The position numbers and the translations under genes are program-made. Positions 1-7,438 of a stretch of DNA of 20,000 nucleotides are shown piece after piece. How positions within the stretch are numbered: the stretch's first letter is position 1; each line of letters opens with the position of its first letter. Location of the stretch: IMG/VR virus record IMGVR_UViG_3300025313_000005. The stretch is one strand, 5' to 3'. The notes under the pieces are model-generated. The model worked only from the letters and a program-made list of their open reading frames with translations. It had not been told where the DNA came from and searched no databases. Source of the DNA: an uncultured virus (IMG/VR IMGVR_UViG_3300025313_000005) (Duplodnaviria > Heunggongvirae > Uroviricota > Caudoviricetes).

Positions 1-48
1 TTGTCTACCTTCCCAAAACCTACTCTTACCTTGTGTAATTACTTTCAT
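1..48 (-). CDS. 5' end of a hypothetical protein running off the window (MKVITQGKSRFWEGRQ...)
   Basis: ATG at 48 preceded by GAAAGGTAGGT RBS; open to the window edge. Confidence 0.6.
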   Translation of the reverse strand, partial: MKVITQGKSRFWEGRQ

Positions 49-75
49 AATACCTACCTTTCTTAATCTATTATA

Positions 76-104
76 TATATAATATAATAATTGTGACTTG
101 TCAA
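76..104 (-). promoter_or_regulatory. Putative sigma70-type promoter
   Basis: Minus strand TTGACA (104-99), 17 nt, TATATA (81-76), in the gap upstream of the gene starting at 48; -10 box imperfect and region very AT-rich. Confidence 0.45.
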
Positions 105-107
105 ATT

Positions 108-962
108 CTATATAGTAGTACTACTTAGATAATCTAGGAGATCAAGTCCCGACTCGGTAATATATGTGTATCCATTTATATTGTTAATACAATCAATGTC
201 TTCTAATTTATCTAGAATAAGTTGATTATCTGTGGTGGATGCCATTAGAGACAACTGTATACCAGTTAAGCTATTATCGCTAAGCTTGCTTAGTACAGCA
301 ATATATTTATTTATCTTGTGTTGCTTATCATAAAGAAGGTGTTCAGCTAAATTAACAACCTGATCTGGAATATTGGATTTTTCTGTGTAACTATCAAATA
401 AGTCATTTTTCCAGGGGACATCGTGGTTTTGCGGGAAACTATAATCTTCTATACGCTCATAGGCAAACGTAGTTTGAGGTTTTACACTAACGGTTCTTAG
501 TATAACTGACCTTATTTGTTCGCTATCAACAAATGCTGGACTAATAATTATATTTATTTTCTTATATCCCTTGCCTCCGCAAGGCAAGTCTACCTGTTCA
601 GTTGCTTCTATATTCCCCATATGATTAGTTACTATGGCAAATTTGTAATTAGGTAAAACAGTATCATAGTCCATACTGGAAAATTTAGCGGACATAGTAT
701 GATGAGAATGTATCATTCCATCCCACTGCCCTTTTTGTTCTTTTAATAAGCAATCTGCAACTGCAATTTCCTGTTCTGGAAATACTAGTTCGGTAATTTC
801 ACGGGATTTATTTACTTTAAATAAAGCAAGTAGCTCTAAGTCTGGATAAACCTTAGTGGCGTATACCCATTTCTCCCATAGTTTCATTGAGAAATATAGT
901 ACATCACTCTGAGCAGATACCCAGTCACAACTTATACATGGTTTTGTAGCTAATGTCATCAT
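108..962 (-). CDS. JAB/MPN+ (Mov34) metalloisopeptidase, putative deubiquitinase/Ubl-maturing protease, with possible C-terminal winged helix
   Basis: Exact JAMM motif H-S-H-x7-S-x2-D (GMIHSHHTMSAKFSSMD), upstream Glu (PDLELLALF) and FPEQEI strand; C-terminal YITESGLDLL resembles a wHTH end; directly follows the ThiF gene. Confidence 0.85.
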   Translation of the reverse strand: MMTLATKPCISCDWVSAQSDVLYFSMKLWEKWVYATKVYPDLELLALFKVNKSREITELVFPEQEIAVADCLLKEQKGQWDGMIHSHHTMSAKFSSMDYDTVLPNYKFAIVTNHMGNIEATEQVDLPCGGKGYKKINIIISPAFVDSEQIRSVILRTVSVKPQTTFAYERIEDYSFPQNHDVPWKNDLFDSYTEKSNIPDQVVNLAEHLLYDKQHKINKYIAVLSKLSDNSLTGIQLSLMASTTDNQLILDKLEDIDCINNINGYTYITESGLDLLDYLSSTTI

Positions 963-965
963 AAA

Positions 966-1904
966 TTAATCCTCCGATGTTGTAAAATTAATTTTAAGTT
1001 CTCTTATTAGTTCATTAGGAATATCGTCTTCAGTCATCTCGTCTTTAAAATCTTCAATAATATCGTCTATGAGATTTTGTGGAACATCATGTTTATCCAT
1101 ACGTTCTATATATTTATCAACAACATCTTGAACTCTACTTGGCAAACTATCAATATCTATATTGTCTAAGTAGCTATCTATTGCGTCATCAAATACCCAA
1201 CAATCTTCATGGTTACAGTCATCACTGCCATGGTAATCACCATCATCAAGTATCTCATCCTTAACATCATCTTTTATCTTATTTAATATTGTTTTCGGTA
1301 TTAAGGAGGAATTAAACGCAGTTAAAGTACTCATTGGAGCAGATATAGAAACCTCATTCTCAAACATAGAGTATACAGCAAGTAATCCAGCAAGAGCAGC
1401 TTGATAAACCTTTGGTTTATCGCTGTAGTCAGTTCCTTCTTGATGTTCTTGCTGGGGATCAAAGGTTATTGGTATACCTCTTGTAATTGTAATCCAATCA
1501 CCGTCATATCCAGCGCGTTGATATTTTATTCGATTGTCTTGACAGTAAGTTCTAACTAATCTCTGAATATCTACAGTATCAGTAGCACAAAATACATGTG
1601 TAGTATCATTTAATAAAACACTAATGTTATCACTAGATAAAGCACTAGACATAACGTTTATTGTAAATGCAGGTTTTGTATCGTAAATGGTCTTGCTAAG
1701 ATATGTTACTTTTTTTGTGTTTCTATCAGTATGTGTTGTAGGTAATCTTGTAAGATTATTGTCTTCTAATGTATCATAATCAATAAGAGTTAGGTTATTA
1801 ATACTAGAAAAATGTGAATCTTTCGAAGCTAATGCAAGAAAGTAAGCAATCCACGATCCAACACCTCCACATCCTATTATTGTTATGTTTGTTGTTTTTA
1901 CCAT
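966..1904 (-). CDS. ThiF/MoeB/E1-family adenylyltransferase with acidic repetitive C-terminal extension
   Basis: IIGCGGVGSW nucleotide-binding loop, LIDYDTLEDNNLTR, KKV and FCATDT..QR motifs; RBS AAGGAGG. Confidence 0.9.
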   Translation of the reverse strand: MVKTTNITIIGCGGVGSWIAYFLALASKDSHFSSINNLTLIDYDTLEDNNLTRLPTTHTDRNTKKVTYLSKTIYDTKPAFTINVMSSALSSDNISVLLNDTTHVFCATDTVDIQRLVRTYCQDNRIKYQRAGYDGDWITITRGIPITFDPQQEHQEGTDYSDKPKVYQAALAGLLAVYSMFENEVSISAPMSTLTAFNSSLIPKTILNKIKDDVKDEILDDGDYHGSDDCNHEDCWVFDDAIDSYLDNIDIDSLPSRVQDVVDKYIERMDKHDVPQNLIDDIIEDFKDEMTEDDIPNELIRELKINFTTSED

Positions 1905-1916
1905 GGTTTAGCCTCC

Positions 1917-2534
1917 TTAAATTAAGACTGCTGTAAGAAACTTAGGAATACTTCCTAAAGATATATTTCTTAGATCATCTAATATTTGTGTCCAACTAGA
2001 TGATAAATCGCAATCATCCCTAAGAGTATGTGCGCTATCTGTATTATAGATACTTAAAATATTTTCTATGTCAGAAACTCTGTTTTGTAAGTTTTCAGGC
2101 TTTGTTGTAAAGACAGTGCTTCCAAAGCAAACCTGATTGGTATCTTTATCATAATGAAAAGGCGGAAAATACTCTTTCCAATTATCTGGTGTAATGCCTG
2201 GAATAGGCAAAAGCCGTATGCTTACTGGTGGCTCATATATTATCATGAGTGGTACTGTTTCTTGCATATGAACTGGAATGTTCCAGGTTACATTATTATG
2301 ATATATTTTTTTAATAGAAAAGTTTCCAAATGCTATTGAGTAGATCTGGCTATCCTCAACCTGGTATATACCAGGTTGAGGTAGTGTTATTGTGTTTGTG
2401 ATGTGATTATTTAAGACTCTCAAACATGTATTGTGCGTCGCAAGACCGCTTTCTATATCATATCTGTCTTGTTTTTCCTGCTCTTGTACAATAGCATAGA
2501 GCGTTTCTACTTCATTATCTTCCAGGTTTAGCAT
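1917..2534 (-). CDS. Putative prokaryotic E2 (UBC-fold) conjugating enzyme
   Basis: FPPFHYDKDTNQVCFGS matches the E2 active-site pattern H-x(n)-[IV]-C-x-G, followed by a helix ending YNTDS; sits between Ubl and E1 genes, start overlaps the Ubl end. Confidence 0.6.
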   Translation of the reverse strand: MLNLEDNEVETLYAIVQEQEKQDRYDIESGLATHNTCLRVLNNHITNTITLPQPGIYQVEDSQIYSIAFGNFSIKKIYHNNVTWNIPVHMQETVPLMIIYEPPVSIRLLPIPGITPDNWKEYFPPFHYDKDTNQVCFGSTVFTTKPENLQNRVSDIENILSIYNTDSAHTLRDDCDLSSSWTQILDDLRNISLGSIPKFLTAVLI

Positions 2535-2751
2535 ATGTTCTCAATTCTAGGACATCATCGTGTGCTAGGTCAAGAGGCAGCTCATTCTTATTAACTATTT
2601 CACGACCATTAAGGATTACGTCTACGGTAGTAATATTCCTAGTTTTTAGAGCTTGTTTTAAAGCCTCTAAAAGGGACATGCTCCCGTCATAAGAAATTAC
2701 CTCTCCATTTATGAGAATCTTTCCTACTTCATTAAAGTCATTGATATTCAT
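2515..2751 (-). CDS. Ubiquitin-like (ThiS/MoaD beta-grasp) protein ending KPG-R
   Basis: 78 aa; KILINGE...SLLEAL...VILNGREI...LAHDDVLEL pattern of ThiS/MoaD fold; penultimate Gly; RBS AAGGAG. Confidence 0.8.
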   Translation of the reverse strand: MNINDFNEVGKILINGEVISYDGSMSLLEALKQALKTRNITTVDVILNGREIVNKNELPLDLAHDDVLELRTYAKPGR

Positions 2752-2767
2752 TATATACTTCTCCTTC

Positions 2768-2980
2768 TTAGTCTGTTATGTACTCATTATTGTCGTCATA
2801 TTCACCCAATGTTTTCTTAATTACTCTTGGCGCAGGCATATTAAAATCAGACAAGCTGATTATTAATTTGGTTATTCCTTCGCATATACTACATGGAGGT
2901 GTATTATGACGATTATCTATAGTATTAATATGTGTGGTTATTTTATTACAATCACCACATTTATATTCGTATATAGGCAC
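2768..2980 (-). CDS. FmdB-family zinc-ribbon protein
   Basis: MPIYEYKCGDC...PPCSICEG...KLIS signature; GTG start with AGGAGG RBS. Confidence 0.85.
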   Translation of the reverse strand: MPIYEYKCGDCNKITTHINTIDNRHNTPPCSICEGITKLIISLSDFNMPAPRVIKKTLGEYDDNNEYITD

Positions 2981-3005
2981 GTTATCCTCCTATTTGAAGA
3001 TAGAG

Positions 3006-3028
3006 GGGCGGGGCTATAAGCCCCGCCC
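3006..3028. terminator. GC-rich intergenic hairpin (terminator or processing/regulatory stem)
   Basis: GGGCGGGGCT-ATA-AGCCCCGCCC perfect 10-bp stem; no clean U-tract on the minus (coding) strand. Confidence 0.5.
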
Positions 3029-3037
3029 TGTTCTATT

Positions 3038-3223
3038 TTAGCGCCGTTCTCCTACATTGTAAGGGAATTGGCCCTTCATGGTTCCCCATGCTTTTACTGC
3101 TGCAACTTGAGATGTTGAGAACCCAAGCTTCTCAGCAAGATTACTAATAGGGAGAGGCTTCTTCTTGCCACTATTCTTAATAACAGCATTGAAGATTTTG
3201 TTCCTTTGTCTGTTTGTGAGCAT
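3038..3223 (-). CDS. Small basic HTH-like protein (61 aa)
   Basis: ATG at 3223 preceded by AGGAGGAG (better than the 3277 start); ISNLAEKLGFSTSQVAAVK is HTH-like. Confidence 0.65.
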   Translation of the reverse strand: MLTNRQRNKIFNAVIKNSGKKKPLPISNLAEKLGFSTSQVAAVKAWGTMKGQFPYNVGERR

Positions 3224-3242
3224 TATGCTCCTCCTTTCGATA

Positions 3243-3410
3243 CTATTTTTTGTTTTTGTAGTGCAAACTCCTGGCACGCTGTTCAGTATGCCATAAGAAG
3301 TTTGCTATTTCATCAGACGGAAAAGAACTAGATGTAACTTTATTTACAGGGTTAGATTCTTTTTGTTTTACAAACAATAGATTTATCATCTGCTTTATCC
3401 ATCTAAACAT
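3243..3410 (-). CDS. Hypothetical protein (55 aa, MFRWIKQMINLLFVKQ...), below ORF-track cutoff
   Basis: Manual translation; fills the gap after the Rad52-like gene; AAGGA upstream. Confidence 0.5.
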   Translation of the reverse strand: MFRWIKQMINLLFVKQKESNPVNKVTSSSFPSDEIANFLWHTEQRARSLHYKNKK

Positions 3411-3423
3411 TTTATTTGATTCC

Positions 3424-4149
3424 TTAGCTTTTTACTTTTTCTTTTGGCTTACTCGTTGATTCTCCAATCAATTGATTGATTACTTTGCTTACTTCAGATT
3501 GTGTTAAGTTGCCTTCTTGTAAACCAAAATCAGCAACTGTTTTGCTATGCTCTCCTAACAACTTAAACATAAGGTTCAGTGACTTTTCAGATGCTGGAGC
3601 GGGGTTGGTGTTATTAGATGTACTGCTAGAGTCGGTAGTTACTATTGGTTTTCTATTAAACTTATTAGGTGTTTTAATTGTTGTTACTGGAACTGGGGTA
3701 GTTAGTGTAGTATCAGAGGACATCTCTGTTGCGATCTCATCACTATCATCATATAGATGTAGACCAATACCTAATTGTGATGCAGCTTTCTTGATAGCAT
3801 CTGATGATGCTGCTTTATAATCATTACCCAAGTCTACTATAATACCAGCCTGGGTCTTTTTAACCTTAGCTGAACCAAAGCCTTGCTTTACTATTGTGGT
3901 ACCCTCATGTCGAACGGTTAATTCAACAACAACAACTATATTACCTTCGTCTGTTGCTGTACTTTCTGGCGTAAAATAAAGTATACGACTATCCACGTCA
4001 TGTCCAAATACTTCATTTAACCGCTCTAATACTGCATGAGTGGGGATATAACTAAGAACCTTACCCCCTTTATGTAATTCACGTTTTTTAATTAAACTAG
4101 GATCAAATTTCCTATTTATTTTTTCAACTATCTCTTTTGGCAAAAACAT
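3424..4149 (-). CDS. Rad52/Rad22-family (Sak-like) single-strand annealing protein
   Basis: LSYIP...VLERLNEVFG, VVVELTV...KQGFG, DYKAASSDAIKKAASQLGIGLHLY signature; low-complexity linker and C-terminal LTQSEVSKVINQL helix; RBS AAGGAGGT. Confidence 0.9.
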   Translation of the reverse strand: MFLPKEIVEKINRKFDPSLIKKRELHKGGKVLSYIPTHAVLERLNEVFGHDVDSRILYFTPESTATDEGNIVVVVELTVRHEGTTIVKQGFGSAKVKKTQAGIIVDLGNDYKAASSDAIKKAASQLGIGLHLYDDSDEIATEMSSDTTLTTPVPVTTIKTPNKFNRKPIVTTDSSSTSNNTNPAPASEKSLNLMFKLLGEHSKTVADFGLQEGNLTQSEVSKVINQLIGESTSKPKEKVKS

Positions 4150-4169
4150 TACGTATTACTTACCTCCTT

Positions 4170-4319
4170 TTATTTTACTAATATAGTTTTCTCTTTACTA
4201 CATACCGTACAACGTAATTTAGTACCCTTGCCAGCTTCACTGTGAACTCTCTGGCCCTTGCCATATCTTTTATCTTGGAATTCGTGTGAGCAATTACAAC
4301 CATATATTTGTGCTGGCAC
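4170..4319 (-). CDS. Small putative zinc-binding phage protein (49 aa, MPAQIYGCNCSHEFQDKRYGKGQRVHSEAGKGTKLRCTVCSKEKTILVK)
   Basis: Manual translation; GTG start right after the previous stop, AGGAGG RBS; CxC...CxxC pattern. Confidence 0.75.
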   Translation of the reverse strand: MPAQIYGCNCSHEFQDKRYGKGQRVHSEAGKGTKLRCTVCSKEKTILVK

Positions 4320-4583
4320 TTATACATCCTCCTTTCTTTTAATCTCATTGCGATCAAGGTTTTCTTGCAATCTATCTATGTCTTCTTTTGATAAATCACC
4401 AACCTTAATAGACTTGATATGTATGCCATCAAACAATACGCTTACAAGAAGCAATATAGAACCGCATCCAAGTATCATCCCAGCTATAACAGCTGGTAGT
4501 TGTTCTATTCTACCCCATGTAATTAGTACTGGTGAAGCAGCAATCGATAAGAGAACTAATACTATCTTAAATATCTTATTCAA
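4320..4583 (-). CDS. Small two-TM membrane protein
   Basis: Two hydrophobic stretches then charged tail; AAGGAG RBS; coupled to upstream ORF. Confidence 0.7.
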   Translation of the reverse strand: MNKIFKIVLVLLSIAASPVLITWGRIEQLPAVIAGMILGCGSILLLVSVLFDGIHIKSIKVGDLSKEDIDRLQENLDRNEIKRKEDV

Positions 4584-4797
4584 TAGTTTTCTCCTTCTGG
4601 TTTAGCTCTGGAAAGATATCTAACAGCATAACTAATATCCTACCCAGGCATTGCATCTCTACTTCTTCTTCGATACAGTTACCTTCTTTGTATGGATGTA
4701 CCAAACGCTCCAAAGGATACTTGCCATTAATACCCAAGTACCAATCTTCCACACCAGCATAAAATATTTCTAATCTCTTGGTTATTGATTTAGCCAT
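4576..4797 (-). CDS. Hypothetical protein with degenerate LL(G/N)I-type tag (QCLGRILVMLLDI)
   Basis: ORF with AAGGTG RBS, packed between neighbours. Confidence 0.65.
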   Translation of the reverse strand: MAKSITKRLEIFYAGVEDWYLGINGKYPLERLVHPYKEGNCIEEEVEMQCLGRILVMLLDIFPELNQKEKTIE

Positions 4798-4808
4798 ATT
4801 ACACCTTC

Positions 4809-5015
4809 TTATTCAAAAAATTCTTTATTGTAAATACCAAGTAAAAATTTGACTACAAGACTAGGCGTTGAAATCTCAGCATTTGGCGAACAAGATACCA
4901 ACTCATAACAATATGAAGTGTCAAGTTTGGTCTTTGCTACGTGCACACCCCAATGATTAATACCATGGTATATTGATATAGATTGATATAGAGAATTACA
5001 GCATTGTTTAATCAT
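4809..5015 (-). CDS. Hypothetical protein with C-terminal tag STPSLVVKFLLGI
   Basis: ATG overlaps the upstream stop; shared tag. Confidence 0.6.
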   Translation of the reverse strand: MIKQCCNSLYQSISIYHGINHWGVHVAKTKLDTSYCYELVSCSPNAEISTPSLVVKFLLGIYNKEFFE

Positions 5016-5232
5016 ATAAACATGGTACTTCTATACCAAAGAGTGCTTGACATACTATTGCTGGTGTTGTTGTATTAAGACCTCTGCATTTAGGATACAT
5101 AGCCCTAATCTTATTCATCTCACGGACGGTAATTCTTACCCGTAAATCTAGATAGTCATCCATAATATCTATTGCTACTACATTGGTTGAAGCTAATGGT
5201 GTTTTCATTTGAGTTGGCGCATACCATTCCAA
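5008..5232 (-). CDS. Hypothetical protein with C-terminal tag TTPAIVCQALFGI
   Basis: TTG start uncertain (frame stays open upstream to about 5328); shared tag. Confidence 0.55.
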   Translation of the reverse strand: MEWYAPTQMKTPLASTNVVAIDIMDDYLDLRVRITVREMNKIRAMYPKCRGLNTTTPAIVCQALFGIEVPCLYD

Positions 5233-5375
5233 CTTATCCTGTAGAGCACAATGAGCTAAATGGGATGGTGTTATAGATAGTCTACTCGACCACTTATTTG
5301 TTATAGTGTTCTTGAAAAATATTATTGTTTAATCAAACAATAAATTATACCTAACTTCGCTAACATACATATTAC

Positions 5376-5404
5376 TTGTATATCCTCCTATACTATGCTA
5401 TTAT
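5376..5404 (+). promoter_or_regulatory. Putative sigma70 extended -10 promoter for the lone plus-strand gene
   Basis: TTGTAT (5376-5381), 17 nt ending TGC, TATTAT (5399-5404). Confidence 0.55.
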
Positions 5405-5439
5405 TGTCTTTGTAAGCTACCTCAAATAAGAAAGGAGAT

Positions 5440-5670
5440 ATGTACATGGCTGCTTTCAAAGTTCGCTATATTAAACGTGGACTTAGGAACACTGAGTCTT
5501 TTATAGACCATAAGAACGGTATTGTTTTAACCTCAGACAATCCCGTTTCCGACGACCTCTCAGGACTTGCTGATTTAAGCATTATCCTACGTGGTCTTAA
5601 GATGGACCTTCTTAAGATAGAACAAGGTACGTTAGCTGATATCAACGTAACTACAAGTTACCACTACTAA
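5440..5670 (+). CDS. Hypothetical protein; only convincing plus-strand gene (start 5440 or 5446)
   Basis: AAGGAGA RBS, own promoter and terminator, no competing minus-strand ORF. Confidence 0.75.
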   Translation: MYMAAFKVRYIKRGLRNTESFIDHKNGIVLTSDNPVSDDLSGLADLSIILRGLKMDLLKIEQGTLADINVTTSYHY

Positions 5671-5751
5671 TTAAAACTTTGTCTTAAAAGACAATCACTA
5701 GATAAGATATGGACGAATACAACCCAAAGTTCTGGTGGTTATACGATCTGT

Positions 5752-5782
5752 GCGTATCCTTTGGGATACGCTTTTGTTTTTT
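5752..5782 (+). terminator. Rho-independent terminator
   Basis: GCGTATCC-TTTG-GGATACGC followed by TTTTGTTTTTT, between convergent genes. Confidence 0.85.
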
Positions 5783-5972
5783 ATTTGGCTATACCCAATA
5801 ACATCCCAATAACAAAATCTGGCGTAGCTATACCACTAGTCATTGTTGGTGGTATAGCACGATTAAAACAACACATATAACTACTAGCAATTATATAAAG
5901 CACTGAAGCATTACTACCACAGTAACAATTAAGAACGGCATTATTGCTATATGTAATTATATCATAAATCAT
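5781..5972 (-). CDS. Hypothetical protein with C-terminal tag ATPDFVIGMLLGI
   Basis: Overlaps upstream Zn-finger ORF; shared tag. Confidence 0.55.
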   Translation of the reverse strand: MIYDIITYSNNAVLNCYCGSNASVLYIIASSYMCCFNRAIPPTMTSGIATPDFVIGMLLGIAK

Positions 5973-6096
5973 TATCGTCTATACACACTTTCAAGCACTC
6001 TTCACATAAAGTCATAGGAGAGTTAACTGATATTTCTCCACAATTATCACACACATAGTCACCACTATCATACATTAAGTCATCTTTTTTATTCAT
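5962..6096 (-). CDS. Small CxxC-x12-CxxC zinc-finger protein (44 aa, MNKKDDLMYDSGDYVCDNCGEISVNSPMTLCEECLKVCIDDNDL)
   Basis: Manual translation; AGGAGA RBS. Confidence 0.7.
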   Translation of the reverse strand: MNKKDDLMYDSGDYVCDNCGEISVNSPMTLCEECLKVCIDDNDL

Positions 6097-6160
6097 ATCT
6101 ATCTCCTATAATATTAAGTAGTAATCTACATATTCTCTCAGTGGTTGCCTCATCATTCCA

Positions 6161-7438
6161 TTAAGTACCCTGCATAATCACACTACTACCCCAAGGAGCA
6201 GCTCTATCATGATCTTTAGTATATACCCATAGTACGGGGAACTTGGGTTTATCTTGTGGTGCAGTACCACAACCATCTGTAAAATAAACTACACCATCAA
6301 AAGATAATCTCTTTTCGGCTATGTAATCAAATGCAGGTCTAAAATCAGTACCTCCCCTACCTGTAAATTCATGAACTTCTTTACGTTTGAACTTATATAC
6401 AGCTCCAACCCTTGCATCTGATTCTATAATGGTTAGTTCTGTACTTTTATATCTTGATATAGTATTGAGCTCGTTTAGGAAAGCTGATAATTGCTTATTG
6501 TTTATCGATCCAGATGTATCTATAATAGCACACAGGTTGAGCTTACGCTCCCTGCAATATCCTGGCGGTAGCTGTAACCTACGATTATAACGTTTGAGCG
6601 TATAACGCCTGGTATTATTGCGTGTGCTAGTTACAAATCTACGAAGAACTACATTCCAAGGTACTTCACTATTTAATATTCTTCTAATAAGAGATTTAAT
6701 TTGTCCTGGCAGTTTCCCTTGTGTTTTAATATAAGCTTCTTGGAGCTCACCTTTTATTATACCTTCATAGTATTTTTTACTTATATCTTTATAATCAGCC
6801 ATGTCTTCTTCATCTGGAGTACCCCACATGCTATGGTCATCTATCATCTTTACCTCAGCTTTCCCTCCACCAGGCATTTTTAATTCTCCATCTTGCTCTA
6901 TTTTCTGACGTAAGAATTGATAGTAAACATTTGCAGAACTAAACCTAGAAGGAAAGTCATGATACTGCTCAAGAAATCCATCATAAGTTATATTTTCTTT
7001 TTCTAAAAAGTTAGATTCCATAAACTCATTAACCACAATATCACAAGCAATATTCCATAAAGTATGCTCTAAGACAATGGGTGTTCTTATTGGATGCATC
7101 ATTATTATGTGTAGAAATTCATGTTCTAAGACTGTCTGTATCTGATTCTGATTAAGCGATAAGACATAATGTGGATTAATACATAATATCAGACTTGTCG
7201 CACTCATACCTACACCCATTGTTGGGACGTTTTTGGTGCTAAAGATACGCTTAAACCGCATAAGAAGATAAGCATATAATGCTTTATCTCCTGCAATTAT
7301 CATGGAAGCAAGAGCGCTAGCAAATACCTGTTCTGCTTTTTTATACTCTACAGGACTCGCATCTTCCCCACTAGCCCACTTGGGTAGTTCTTTTTTATCT
7401 ACACTAGCAATACCATTATCAGCAATATCATTAGACAC
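6161..7438 (-). CDS. DUF2201-type HExxH metallopeptidase-like + vWA domain protein
   Basis: PTMGV, LEHEFLHII, WNIACDIVVN, IDDHSMW, IIDTSGSI (MIDAS), GRGGTDFRPAF, VVYFTDG; likely GTG start at 7438 overlapping the ATPase stop rather than 7501. Confidence 0.9.
   Translation of the reverse strand: MSNDIADNGIASVDKKELPKWASGEDASPVEYKKAEQVFASALASMIIAGDKALYAYLLMRFKRIFSTKNVPTMGVGMSATSLILCINPHYVLSLNQNQIQTVLEHEFLHIIMMHPIRTPIVLEHTLWNIACDIVVNEFMESNFLEKENITYDGFLEQYHDFPSRFSSANVYYQFLRQKIEQDGELKMPGGGKAEVKMIDDHSMWGTPDEEDMADYKDISKKYYEGIIKGELQEAYIKTQGKLPGQIKSLIRRILNSEVPWNVVLRRFVTSTRNNTRRYTLKRYNRRLQLPPGYCRERKLNLCAIIDTSGSINNKQLSAFLNELNTISRYKSTELTIIESDARVGAVYKFKRKEVHEFTGRGGTDFRPAFDYIAEKRLSFDGVVYFTDGCGTAPQDKPKFPVLWVYTKDHDRAAPWGSSVIMQGT

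Noticed and set aside
966..2751. thiS/thiF thiamine or moaD/moeB molybdopterin biosynthesis
   Set aside because: No GG terminus and no thiG/moaE partners; E2-like and JAB genes are present instead
5330..5390. Possible further tag copy QVICMLAKLGIIYV on the minus strand
   Set aside because: Register is off by one, KLGI rather than LLGI, and it overlaps the plus-strand promoter; too weak to count
5709..5801. Short plus-strand ORF MDEYNPKFWWLYDLCVSFGIRFCFLFGYTQ
   Set aside because: No good RBS and it runs through the terminator hairpin
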